From assembly GCA_951406725.2 (NCBI GenBank), contig OX597841.1:6262001-6326000 (forward strand): a stretch of 64,000 nucleotides of DNA, in the 5' to 3' direction. Each line of letters opens with the position of its first letter. The first letter of the stretch is position 1. Positions 12,651 through 24,764 of this stretch are shown one piece after another. A model generated the notes under the pieces. It worked only from the letters and a program-made list of their open reading frames with translations, ran no database searches and was not told where the DNA came from. The DNA comes from Octopus vulgaris. Its lineage: Eukaryota. A program made the translations under genes and the position numbers.

Positions 12651-12863
12651 AAAGTAAATATTAAAAAAGAATTGTATCTTGGATAAATTTTGTATGGTTT
12701 TTTTTGTCTCCTCTCCCCTAAATATTGACAATGTTAACATTTTTCATATCTCTCCCCTTCGATTTTTCTCTCTTAAACATCAACATTACGTAATCTACAT
12801 TCTCGAAAGCGTATCTCTTGCATAGTGTCGTTTAAAAAATAAGTATTTAAAAAGGAAACGATG

Positions 12864-13362
12864 GGACCTTTTCGGTTTGAACGGCAGTTTTTAACAATTT
12901 CTAGGTAACTAAAAAAAATTTAAACTTCGTATACTGGTAGAATGTGTTTATAAAACATCTTTCTTCGTATACTGGTAGAATGTGTTTATAAAACATCTTT
13001 CTTCGTATACTGGTAGAATGTGTTTATAAAACATCTTTTTCTCTTGGCTTTATTGAGAAAATTCTCTAGTTTGTAAGATATTTGTTGTTTTTTTACTTCA
13101 ATTTCTGCAATTTCAACCAATCAATTACGTCCATTGAGGTAAAAAAAATCATTCTGTGCCGTATGAATATGTCCCCCGTTTAAGAAACAGATTGGATTTA
13201 TTTACATTTCTGAAGACAAAAAGATACCCTTCCCCCACCCCTAACTCTAACCCTAACCCTAAAACAGATTGAAATGCAATAGATCGATACTAGGGTCATA
13301 ATTATGGGTGACAATTTCATATGACACCGCTAGAAAAACTGCCGTTCAAACCAAAAAGATCC
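12864..13362. mobile_element. MITE with GG-ended TIRs and 8-bp TSD (Merlin-like)
   Basis: TIR GGA(C/T)CTTTT(C/T)GGTTTGAACGGCAGTTTTT; AAACGATG at 12856-12863 and 13363-13370; empty paralogous site at ~17675. Confidence 0.85.
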
Positions 13363-13436
13363 AAACGATGTTTGGGAGAGTGAAGTATTTATTAAGTGTT
13401 ATCAGCATAATTATAATGTACAGTCTTGGGAACGTC

Positions 13437-13841
13437 TCTCTTTACTCTTTTACTCTTTTACTTGTTTCAGTCATTTGACTGCGGCCATGCTGGAGCACCG
13501 CCTTTAGTCGAGCAAATCGACCCCGGGACTTATTCTTTGTAAGCCCAGTACTTATTCTATCGGTCTGTTTTGCCGAACCGCTAAGTGACGGGGACGTAAA
13601 CACACCAGCATCGGTTGTCAAGCAATGCTAGGGGGACAAACACAGACACACATACATATATATATATATACATATATACGACAGGCTTCTTTCAGTTTCC
13701 GTCTACCAAATCCACTCACAAGGCATTGGTCGGCCCGGGGCTATAGTAGAAGACACTTGCCCAAGATGCCACGCAGTGGGACTGAACCCGGAACCATGTG
13801 GCTGGTTAGCAAGCTACTTACCACACAGCCACTCCTGCGCC
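13437..13841 (-). mobile_element. SINE family A, full length
   Basis: Reverse complement of the family consensus. Confidence 0.85.
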
Positions 13842-14325
13842 TCTGGAACATATATAAGGATATCCACACATCTTTGTCTTCCCCTCAACTTTGTCTCCTC
13901 ATAACTTCTAGAAACATTTGTAGATAAAATTATGCGATGTGTGTGTGTGTGTGTGCATTCACCAAAAAAAAAATTTTTTTTTTTCACATTACATCTCGAT
14001 ATAATTATAATCCACGTCATCTGGAAGATATTTGTAGGAAATTTCATTAAAAAAAAACAATCCACTTTTCTCGAAGTTACGAGGAAACAAATTCAGGGGA
14101 GATGCATACATGTTTAGATAGGTAGTATATTGAGGTAGTAGGTATTTAAAAATGGGGTACTTGTATATAACCATAGGCACGTCAGAGATTATAATGAACT
14201 TTAAATATATATATAAAAACAGACTTCTCAAAATTGAATAGCCTGCCCCCTGTCACTATCTGGTCCTTCCAACTTCTAGTTTTTTTTCATTTCAGATTAC
14301 AGTATATTGTTTATAGCAACTGGTC

Positions 14326-14784
14326 ATGCCACGAACACCAGATGCGAAGGAGCTGTCAGATTTTCAAAGAGGACGTATTGTGGGTCAGTCTGATAGTGGA
14401 CGTAGCCAGCGTAAGATCGCGCAAAACCTTGGAATTCCTCTTGCCACAGTCAACAGAGTGATTGTCCAGTTCACCAGCGAAGGAAAGGAGTCAACCGCCT
14501 CCCGCTCAGGTCGACCTGGGCCCTCTGATAAGTGTCTTCAGACTGTTAAACAGATTGTTGAAAGTAACCCCCATTGCAAGGCAGCTGATGTTGCAGAACA
14601 ACTTCAAAAGAGTCGGAGTACCTCTGTGAGGTATCTTCATCAACTTGGTTACTACGGTAAAGTAGCCAGAAGGAAACCTTCTTTGACCCACAGATATCCA
14701 AAGGATTGGACAAATAAAATGGCAGAGAAAGCCAAATGGGTTAAAACATTAAAACCTGCAGAAGAAATGTCAACTACATCCTAA
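14326..14784 (+). CDS. Tc1/mariner transposase-derived paired-like DNA-binding protein (no DDE domain), copy 1
   Basis: [13 protein letters not shown]...[20 protein letters not shown] (HTH), RSGRP, second HTH, ARRKP; upstream acceptor TTTTTTTCATTTCAG. Confidence 0.75.
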   Translation: MPRTPDAKELSDFQRGRIVGQSDSGRSQRKIAQNLGIPLATVNRVIVQFTSEGKESTASRSGRPGPSDKCLQTVKQIVESNPHCKAADVAEQLQKSRSTSVRYLHQLGYYGKVARRKPSLTHRYPKDWTNKMAEKAKWVKTLKPAEEMSTTS

Positions 14785-16120
14785 ATGAATTATTTAAAAA
14801 AATCAGATAACATTATTTTCTTTCTTGAAATTAAATCCTTAAAAAAAAAAAAAATGATTGACTTTATTTATTTTTGATATTTACTCTGTGTGTATGTGTG
14901 TATCATCATCATCATCATCATCATTATCATCAATTAATGTCCGTTGTCCATGTTTATTTCAGATATTTTCATTTTAAAAATCATTTCTGGTTAATCCTTG
15001 AGAGGACGTTGGCATTGCCCTGGTGGAGGTTTTCACTCTCTGAGTGCTCCTGTTAGTAAATATTTTCATATTTACTTGTGGTAAGAAGTTTGCGTCGCAA
15101 CCACCTGTTTCCAGGTTCGACTTTGCCTTACATCCTTTCAGGGTCAAGAAATTAGGTACAAGTTGCATACTGGGGTTGATCTAATTGACTGGACCCCTCT
15201 CCAAAAAGATAGTATAGATTCCGATTATGTGGAAATATGTGGTGAAAAATATTTTCCAAAGAGATGGAGGGTTGAGAAGTTTTGGAAAATTCACACAAGA
15301 TGTCTTTCTTTATTTATAACTTTTAGAAAAACTGGTAAGTTTTTGAATGAAATTTTCTATAAATATCTTTCAGAGTGTCTAGACTATGGTTATATTGGTA
15401 TTTAATGTGAAAAAAATAAATGTGTTGGGTTTTTACTCATACGTATTAGCACAATCTGCAAAATGAGTCGAAACCGCGATCCTACGACCGCTGCGCTAAC
15501 CACTAGGCCATTGTGCCTCCACAGAGACTATGATAAATAAGAGGGATCTGGGAACTGACACCCGTCTGCACATTAACAGAAAAATTGTGATGCATATCAG
15601 TATGTATGTTTACGCATTCACCACTCATTAAATTTCGATATAATCATAATTTATACACTCTGAAAAGTGTTTGTAGAAAATTTCTTTGAAAAACCCACAT
15701 TTTTCTGAAAGTTATCAGGAAAAAAAAGCCAACTCGTGCGAATTTAACGAAACTCCTTTTTCCCAGTCACAGAAAAAAAATTTTCCATAACAAATTTTTA
15801 TATAATCGGAATCTACTACACCTGGAGTGTATTTGTAGAAAATTTCATTAAAAAATATCAATTTTTCTGAAAGTTATCAGGAAAAAAAGCCAACTCGTGC
15901 GAATTTTACGAAACTCCTTTTTCCCAGTCACAGAAAAAATTTTTTCCACAACAAATTTTTATATAATCGGAATCTACAACACCTGGAGTGTATTTGTAGA
16001 AAATTTCATTAAAAATGTCCATTTTCCTGGAACTTATGAGGAAGCAAATTTGGCGGAATGGAGGACATGCGTCTGTAGGAATGCTCCCCCCACCAACAAC
16101 CTGTCTTAAACACCCCTGTT

Positions 16121-16483
16121 ACGGTTTGGAGGACTATGATACGTGGCACTCCGTCGGTTACAACGACGAGGGTTCTAGTTGATCCGATCAACGGAGCACG
16201 TGAAATTAACGTGCTGATCACTCCACAGACACGGGGAGATTCAGCGTGTCGCAGAGTGTGACAGGGCTGGCTCTTTGAAATACAGGTACAATAGAAGCAG
16301 GTAGAAAGAGCGAGAGAAAGTTATGGTGAAAGAGTAGAGCAGGGTTCGCCACGGTCCCCTTGCTGGAACCTTGTGGAGCTTTTAGGTGTTTTCGCTCAAT
16401 AAACATTCACAACGCCCGGTCTGGGAAGCGAAACCGCGATCCTACGACCGCTGCGCTAACCACTAGGCCATTGGGGCCTCCAC
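16121..16483 (-). mobile_element. tRNA-derived SINE family C
   Basis: Reverse complement of 16504..16872 / 20959..21343. Confidence 0.8.
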
Positions 16484-16503
16484 AGAGGACTATGATAAGG
16501 AGT

Positions 16504-16872
16504 GGAGGCGCAATGGCCCAGTGGTTAGGGCAGCGGACTCGCGGTTTCGATTTCCAGACCGGGCGTTGTGAGTGTTTATTGAGCGAAAACACCTAAAAGC
16601 TCCACGAGGCTCCAGCAGGGGATGGTGGTGATCCCTGCTGTACTCTGTCACCACAACTTTCTCTCACTCTTACTTCCTGTTTCTGTTGTACCTGTATTTC
16701 AAGGGGCCGGCCTTGCCACTCTCTGTGTCACGCTGAATATCCCCGAGAACTGCGTTAAGGGTACACGTGTCTGTGGAGTGCTCAGCCACTTACACGTTAA
16801 TTTCCCGAGCAGGCTGTTCCGTTGATCGGATCAACCGGAACCCTCGTCGTCGTAGCCGACGGAGTGCTTCCA
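16504..16872 (+). mobile_element. tRNA-derived SINE family C
   Basis: GGAGGCGCAATGGCCCAGTGGTTAGG...GGTTTCGATT head (A/B boxes). Confidence 0.8.
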
Positions 16873-17736
16873 TGATAAGGAAGAGAGATCTGAGAACTGA
16901 CTTCTTCCTGCGTATTGAATTCGTTCCTGTACTCAACGAACTTTTACCTCACTCACAACATGACTTCAAAACGGTTCTCACCGCAGAAACAGAAATATAA
17001 GCGCCCACACTCTCACTCACACTCAAAAGTACGCAAACACACACCTTAGTATTTATGTAAACACATCAACCCTCGCTTGCAGCATGGTTACGTCCTATCA
17101 CGTGACCCGAACTGACCAATGAAAATCCAATAAATCCACTTACCGTCCTCATTCCTCCATTAGACTTCTTCTATAATGTCGATCGCATCTTTCACGGTTT
17201 CATTTCTTTCCCCCTTTTTCATTCAACAACTAATTAAATGGTAACACCCAGTTTAACGTAATTAGTTTCATACACGACTGACTTCTCTACAGTTCTCTAC
17301 CAATTCCCACTGGCAGGGTATCTTTCAATTTAACACTAGCACCAGCGACGACTAAAGGTATTTCTACACTTTGGTGCCCCACGAATTTGTTTTCGCGAAA
17401 TGTTTTCAAATTTGTGTATTTGTAAATAACGCTTTGCAGAGATAATCTTTTGAGGTTGTAGATAACGTTTATGTTGATAATATTAAAAAAAAATAATTGC
17501 GTTCTGGATGAGTCTTTTTGTCTCCTCTCCCCCAAATATCTGCAATCTGTTAAAAATTTTCATATTTTTCCCCTTAATTTTTCCATCTTAAACATCAACA
17601 TTACGTAATCTGCGTTCTCGAAAGCGTCCTTTTTGTATAATGTCGTTTAAAAAAAATATGTATCTTAAAAGGAAAGGATGTTGGGAGAGTGACGTATTTT
17701 ATTAAATGTTATCTGCATAATTGTAATGTAGTTATA

Positions 17737-18094
17737 GGCGCAGGAGTGGCTGTGTGGTAAGTAGCTTGCTAACCAACCACATGGTTCCGGGTTCAGTCCC
17801 ACTGTGTGGCATCTTGGGCAAGTGTCTTCTACTATAGCCTCGGGGCGACCAATGCCTTGTGAGTGGATTTGGTAGACGGAAACTGAAAGAAGCCCGTCGT
17901 AATATATATATATATATATATAGGTCCCGGGTTGAGTCGGGGTTAACCACAGTAAATAAGGTACTCAATACATAGCAGAGCAAAGTAATTTATTTTATAG
18001 AAGGAGCTTCTACAGGACTAGAACTGTTTCATTCAGATGAAATCTTCCTGAAGATTTCATCTGAATGAAACAGTTCTAGTCCTGTAGAAGCTCC

Positions 18095-18190
<96 letters not shown>

Positions 18191-18367
18191 ATGTGTCTGT
18201 GTTTATCCCCCTAGCATTTCTTCACAACTGATGCTGGTGTGTTTACGTCCCCGTCACTTAGAATAAGTACTGGGCTTACAAAAGAATAAGTCCCAGGGTC
18301 GATTTGTTCGACTAAAGGCGGTGCTCCAGCATGGCCGCAGTCAAATGACTGAAACAAGTAAAAGAGT
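17737..18367 (+). mobile_element. SINE family A with a Penelope-like fold-back inserted in its (TA)n
   Basis: Family head and tail; palindrome at 17999-18098. Confidence 0.8.
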
Positions 18368-18916
18368 AGTCTTGAAAAGATATGTAGAATATATACAAGG
18401 GGAGTAATTTTTCAGTTTAGGGATATTAAAAAAACTAAATGAAATTAAGGGGGAGATAACTAGTAAAGCAACATAAATAAGCCCCCTTACTGTTAAATAA
18501 CCTAAACACTGGATATTAACTTTGGAATTGATTAGAATGGCACGTGGAAGACAAGCAGGACGCATAGTTTTTTTTTTCCCACGAGAGTCCCGGACCCCAG
18601 TTATGGACTCCATTTGCATACAGCCAATCTGAGCTCAGCTATCGAACTAATTTATGAAGAATGTTGTCTCCAGCTTCTTTTCCTAATTGAATGATAGTCT
18701 ACGCTTCCACTAAGGTTGATTCACGACTGAGGATTTTATGTTCAGGAACAATGAGCTGCGGTGCTGCCGGTTTCCCACTTGCCATGCCATTCCGACTGAT
18801 TGTAAAGTAAAGAATGAGCGAACGTTTTTCGGTGTCGGTGAAGAACGACAACTCCTTTTGGAGAATTTTTACTACTTATCTCCCCCTTAATTTTTAATTA
18901 CTTTTATAATCTAACC

Positions 18917-19366
18917 AAGTGGTTTTCAACCAGGGTTCCGTGGAACCTTAGGGTTCCGCAAGATGTTACAAAACTGGGGTTCCACTCCAGCAAAAAGTTT
19001 GAAAAGCACTGATATATATATATATATATATATTGTATAGTGTTTTAAATATACACATGTTTATATATATATATATATAAATAAAATGTGCAATACATGG
19101 CTTCATCGAATCCTGTAGAGACTTCTTTTGTCATATATTTATATATCAGTGGTTTTCAACCTGGGTTCCGCGGAACCTTAGGGTTCCGCCAGTACAGTGC
19201 AGGGGTTCCGCAAGAAGTTACAAAACTGCTAAAATCGGCAGTAATTTTCAATTCTCCATGTGCAGATATGCGTGCATAAGACTATTAAATTATTGCACAG
19301 GGGTTCCTCGAGCCAGTGGAATGTTTCCTTGGGGTTCCGCTCCAGCAGAAAGTTTGAAAGGCACTG
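18917..19366 (-). mobile_element. Second copy of the composite hAT-like MITE dimer (one unit internally deleted)
   Basis: Inverted match to 9577..10141 including the spacer; ATCTAACC at 18909-18916 and 19367-19374. Confidence 0.8.
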
Positions 19367-19382
19367 ATCTAACCAGTAGGTT

Positions 19383-19562
19383 AGGAGTGGCTGTGTGGTA
19401 AGTAGTTTGCTTACCAACCACATGGTTCCGGGTTCAGTCCCACTGTGTGACACCTTGGGGAAGTGTCTTCTGCTATAGCCTCGAACCGACCAATGGAAGT
19501 ACTATATATACTACACATATTATATAATATTCAACGATTAGGAGTGGCCGTGTGGTAAGTAG

Positions 19563-19619
<57 letters not shown>

Positions 19620-19636
19620 TATACATACATATATAC

Positions 19637-19676
<40 letters not shown>

Positions 19677-19703
19677 ACATACATATATATATATACATAC
19701 ATA

Positions 19704-19741
<38 letters not shown>

Positions 19742-19772
19742 CATATATATATATACATATATATATATATAC

Positions 19773-19806
<34 letters not shown>

Positions 19807-20040
19807 ATATATATATGTATGCGTGTGTGTGTGTGTTTGTGTGTCTGTGTTTGTCCCCCTAGCATTGCTTGACAACCGATGCTGGTGTGTTTGCGTCCCC
19901 GTCTCATAGCGGTTCGGCAAAAGAGACCGATAGAATAAGTACTGGGCTTACAAAAGAATAAGTCCCGGGGTCGATTTGATTCGGGTAAAGGCGGTGCTCC
20001 AGCATGGCCGCAGTCAAATGACTGAAACAAGTAAAAGAGT
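19383..20040 (+). mobile_element. Fragmented SINE family A copies with expanded (TA/TACA)n
   Basis: Heads at ~19383 and ~19540; 3' half at ~19840-20040. Confidence 0.7.
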
Positions 20041-20374
20041 ATATATATATATATATATATATAACACATACGAGGGGCTGCTGGAAAGTTCCTGGCTTTA
20101 AGGGGTATCATGAAGGGCCCGGTTGGGGCCCTAATTTTCCAAGTTCCTTTACAGTGCTTAGAAAAACTGAAGGACCTCTGCAGTGTGTGTGAATCTGAGA
20201 AGAATGTTGAACGAAATCGTTATTAACTAATCTACCTGTATTTTCTCTTTAGCACACCCCCATATTTAAACAGACTTCTCAAAAGTGAATAGCCTGCCCC
20301 CTGTCACTACCTGGTCCTTCCAACTTCTATTTTTTTCATTTCAGATTACAGTATATTGTTTATAGCAACTGGTC

Positions 20375-20833
20375 ATGCCACGAACACCAGATGCGAAAGA
20401 GCTGTCAGATTTTCAAAGAGGACGTATTGTGGGTCAGTCTGATAGTGGACGTAGCCAGCGTAAGATTGCACAAAACCTTGGAATTCCTCTTGCCACAGTC
20501 AACAGAGTGATTGTCCAGTTCACCAGCGAAGGAAAGGAGTCAACCGCCTCCCGCTCAGGTCGACCTGGGCCCTCTGATAAGTGTCTTCAGACTGTTAAAA
20601 AAATTGTTGAAAGTAACCCCCATTGCAAGGCAGCTGATGTTGCAGAACAACTTCAAAAGAGTCGGAGAACTTCTGTGAGGTATCTTCATCAACTTGGTTA
20701 CTACGGTAAAGTAGCCAGAAGGAAACCTTCTTTGACCCACAGATATCCAAAGGATTGGACAAATAAAATGGTAGAGAAAGCCAAATGGGTTAAAACATTA
20801 AAACCTGCAGAAGAAATGTCAACTACATCCTAA
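20375..20833 (+). CDS. Tc1-derived paired-like DNA-binding protein, copy 2
   Basis: 149/152 aa identical to 14326..14784; same acceptor, start and stop. Confidence 0.75.
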   Translation: MPRTPDAKELSDFQRGRIVGQSDSGRSQRKIAQNLGIPLATVNRVIVQFTSEGKESTASRSGRPGPSDKCLQTVKKIVESNPHCKAADVAEQLQKSRRTSVRYLHQLGYYGKVARRKPSLTHRYPKDWTNKMVEKAKWVKTLKPAEEMSTTS

Positions 20834-20958
20834 ATGAATTATTTAAACGCATCAGATAACATTATTTTCTTTCTTGAAATTAAATCCTTCAAAAAAAAAA
20901 AAAAAAAATGATTGACTCTATTTATTTTTGATATTTACTCTGTGTGTATATGTGTATC

Positions 20959-21343
20959 GGAGGCGCAATGGCCCAGTGGTTAGGGCAGCGGACTCGCGGT
21001 CGTAGGATCGCGGTTTCGATTCCCAGACCGGGTGTTGTGAGTGTTTATTGAGCGAAAACACCTAAAGCTCCACAAGGCTCCGGCAGGGGATGGTGATGAT
21101 CCCTGCTGTACTCTTTCACCACAACTTTCTCTCACTCTTACTTCCCGTTTCTGTTGTACCTGTATTTCAAAGGGGCCGGCCTTGACACTCTCTGTGTCAC
21201 GCTGAATATCCCCGAGAACTACGTTAAGGGTACACGTGTCTGTGGAGTGCTCAGCCACTTACACGTTAATTTCACGAGCAGGCTGTTCCGTTGATTCGGA
21301 TCAACCGGAACCCTCGTCGTCGTAACCGACGGAGTGCTTTCAA
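20959..21343 (+). mobile_element. SINE family C, full length
   Basis: tRNA-like head; absent from the paralogous site at ~14900. Confidence 0.85.
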
Positions 21344-21444
21344 CATATGTGTATCACCATCATCATCATCATTATCATCAATTAATGTCCATTGTCCATG
21401 CTGGCATGGGTTGGGCTGTTTGACAAGGGCTGGCAAATTGAGGA

Positions 21445-22307
21445 CGAAAGGCTGTTAAGCATTTTGCCAGGCGTGCTAACAATTCTTTCTACTATAGGCA
21501 CAAGGCTTGGAATTTAGGGGGAGGGGGCCAGTCGATTACATCGACCCCAGTGTTTCACTGGTACTTAATTCATCGACCCCCACCGAAAGGATGAAAGGCA
21601 AAGTCGACCTCGGCGGAATTTGAACAAACAAGAACAGACAAACGGATTAAGTCGATTATATGGACCCCAGTGCGTAACTGGTACTTATTTAATCGATCCC
21701 GAAAGGATGAAAGGCAAAGTCGACCTCGGCGGAATTTGAACTCAGAAAGTAGCTGCAGACGAAATACCTATTTCTTTACTACCCACAAGGGGCTAAACAC
21801 AGAGGGGACAAACAAGAACAGACAAACGAATTAAGTCGATTATATGGACCCCAGTGCGTAACTGGTACTTATTTAATCGATCCCGAAAGGATGAAAGGCA
21901 AAGTCGACCTCGGCGGAATTTGAACTCAGAACGTAGCTGCAGACGAAATACCTATTTCTTTACTACCCACAAGGGGCTAAACACAGAGGAGACAAACAAG
22001 AACAGACAAACGGATTAAGTCGATTATATGGACCCCAGTGCGTAACTGGTACTTATTTAATCGATCCCGAAAGGATGAAAGGCAAAGTCGACCTCGGCGG
22101 AATTTGAACTCAGAACGTAACTGCAGACGAAATACCTATTTCTTTACTACCCACAAGGGGCCAAACACAGAGGAGACAAACAAAAACAGACGAAGGGATT
22201 AAATCGATTATATCGACCCCAGTGCGTAACTGGTATTTATTTAATCGACCCCGAAAGGATGAAAGGCAAAGTCGACCCTGGTGGAATTTGAACTCAGAAC
22301 GTAGCGG
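21445..22307 (-). repeat. Tandem SINE family B bodies (~4-5 units)
   Basis: GAAAGGATGAAAGGCAAAGTCGACC recurs with ~184-bp period. Confidence 0.85.
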
Positions 22308-22945
22308 AAAATTCACAAGATCCGATTTTTCCGTTATAACTTCGGGTAAAATGGATATATATTGACTTTTTTTAACGGAATCCCACGTTTTTGGTTATGG
22401 AGAATCCGATTCTGAAAAAAAAAAAAATTTCATGAAAATCGTATTTTCAAAATGTCAACAACCCCTCTCCCCCTTCACCCCTCCTCCTCATTTTCCACTT
22501 TTTCCAGATATTTTTTTTTTCTCTTTTTTTTTTTGCGAAATGCGTTGAAAAATATGAAGATTTCGATTCTGAAATAAATTTGCAATATATATATATATAT
22601 ATATTATTTTATGTAGAAAAATACAAACTGGGACAAGAACGTAAAACATTTAGAAGACGACAACACAAAAAACACGGACGGGACGTTCGAAGCCTTCAAT
22701 CTTCAGTCAAGAACCGGATCATCGTAGCAATTTCGGCTGATTAATCTTGTTTGGATTAACTATATATATATATATATGTTAATCCAAACAAGAAAGCACA
22801 AAAAAAACACAACAACGCGAGGACGTGGATCAAATATAGTATTATTGGATGCTCAGGAAAGAAGGAAAGAAGGAGGGTTTAACGTTTCAAGCAGAGCTCT
22901 TCGTCGGAAACATAGGAAAAAAAATCGCCAACGGTACACACGAGG

Positions 22946-23012
<67 letters not shown>

Positions 23013-23072
23013 TACATACATACATACATACATACATACATACATACATACATACATACATACATACATACA

Positions 23073-23150
<78 letters not shown>

Positions 23151-23359
23151 TAAGTCTTTTATTGACCAAATACATTTTTAGTTTTCAATATTAAACAAAA
23201 CTAACATAAGCATGGAAAATAATGTTTATTTTCGTATATTTACATTTGAAAAGATTTCTCCCGTGTTTTTTGTTTTAAATACAAAGTCCCTGAGCAGGTC
23301 CTCACTGTGGCACCGGGAACACTTTGAAATTATATTTCCGATTTCAAAGAAACTACTTT

Positions 23360-23749
23360 AGGCGCAGGAGTGGCTGTGTGGTAAGTAGCTTGTTTACCAA
23401 CCACATGGTTCCGGGTTCAGTCCCACTGCTTGGCACCTTGGGCAAGTGTCTTCTACTATAGCCTCGGGCCGACCATAGTCTTGTGACCGTCTTTGGTAGA
23501 CGGAAACTGAAAGAAGCCCATCATATATATATGTGTGTGTGTGTGTTTGTGTTTATCCCCCCCCCCCCGCAACATCGCTTGACAACCGATGATGGTGTGT
23601 TTGCGTCCACGCAACTTAGCGGTTCGGCGAAGGAGACCGATAGAATAAGTACTGGGCTTACAAAGAATAAGTCCCGAGGTCGATTTGCTCGACTAAAGGC
23701 GGTGCTCCAGCATGGCCACAGTCAAATGACTGAAACAGGTAAAAGAGTA
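23360..23749 (+). mobile_element. SINE family A
   Basis: Family head and tail. Confidence 0.85.
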
Positions 23750-24764
23750 AATTTTTCTGCTTATAACAAAACTACGTTAGAATCTTTCGTTCACACTGAA
23801 AATATTTTAATAAATTACAACAAAAAAAAAAAAAAAAAATGCATCAAGTCAATGGCCGAGTGGTTAGGGCAGCGGACTTGCGGTCGTAGGATCTCGGTTT
23901 CGATTCCCAGACCGGGCGTTGTGTGTGTTTATTGAGCGAAAACACCTAAAAGCTCCACGAGGCTCCGGTAGGGGATGGTGGTGATCCCTGCTGTACTCTT
24001 TCACCACTCTAAAGGCGGTGCTCCAGCATGGCCGCAGTCAAATGACTGAAACAAGTACAAAAAAAAAAAAAAAAAAAAAGCCAGGCTCATGGGTCCGGTT
24101 TCCCGATTTCAATGGCGTATGTATGTATTCCCCAGCTGGACGGGACGCCAGTCCATCGCAGCGTTACTCATTTTTGCCAGCCGAGTGGACTGGAGTAACG
24201 TGAAATGAAGTGTTTTGCTCAAGATCACAACACGTCGCCCGGTCCAGGAATCGAAACCACAATCGTACGATCATGATGCTGACACCCTAACCACTAGGTC
24301 ATGCATCTCCACAACGTAAAAGCTAATACATTTTATTAATTCGTTGTCATTTGAGAGAATTTGTGTTGTATATAAAACAATGTTAGTTCAATTTACTGTA
24401 ATTATTTTGAAATTTACAATATTCCTAGAAAGCAGCGGAGTTCTTAGTAAAACTTATGGCAGGAAATAGTTTTAGTCAAATATATCAAAATGTTAGAGGT
24501 TATTTATTAAACCAAATCAAGTTTGTAGTCATATTAGGATTTTTTTAGTTGGAAACAAATTTATTTATTTATGAATCTATGTTGTGGGTGTTACATGTGA
24601 AAATATTTTATTTATTTGTAGATGTATGAATTCCTAAAATATACACCTTTGTTTTTGTTAATGTGAGTGTCTAAAATATAGTTTTCGTATAATTTGAAGA
24701 TGCATAAGAAATTCTCACCGTAAGAAGCTCCGATTCTCTTTAAGAATCCCACACCTGAAATATT

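Larger units (their letters stand above)
17010..21400 (+). repeat. Segmental duplicate of ~11270..14950, interrupted by different TE insertions
   Basis: 17010-17483 matches 11270-11752; 17483-17730 matches 12660-13420; 20265-20957 matches 14215-14903. Confidence 0.85.

Noticed and set aside
13625-13927. Recurring ORF RQASFSFRLPNPLTRHWSARGYSRRHLPKMPRSGTEPG
   Set aside because: Antisense translation of SINE family A, not a gene family.
14830-14854. ATTAAA plus A-tract after the Tc1-derived ORFs as evidence of a processed retrocopy
   Set aside because: Homology between the two copies continues past the A-tract, an intron acceptor is retained upstream, and no TSD is seen.
16504-16560. tRNA-like sequences with A/B boxes
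   Set aside because: They are SINE heads followed by SINE bodies; no complete cloverleaf is supported.
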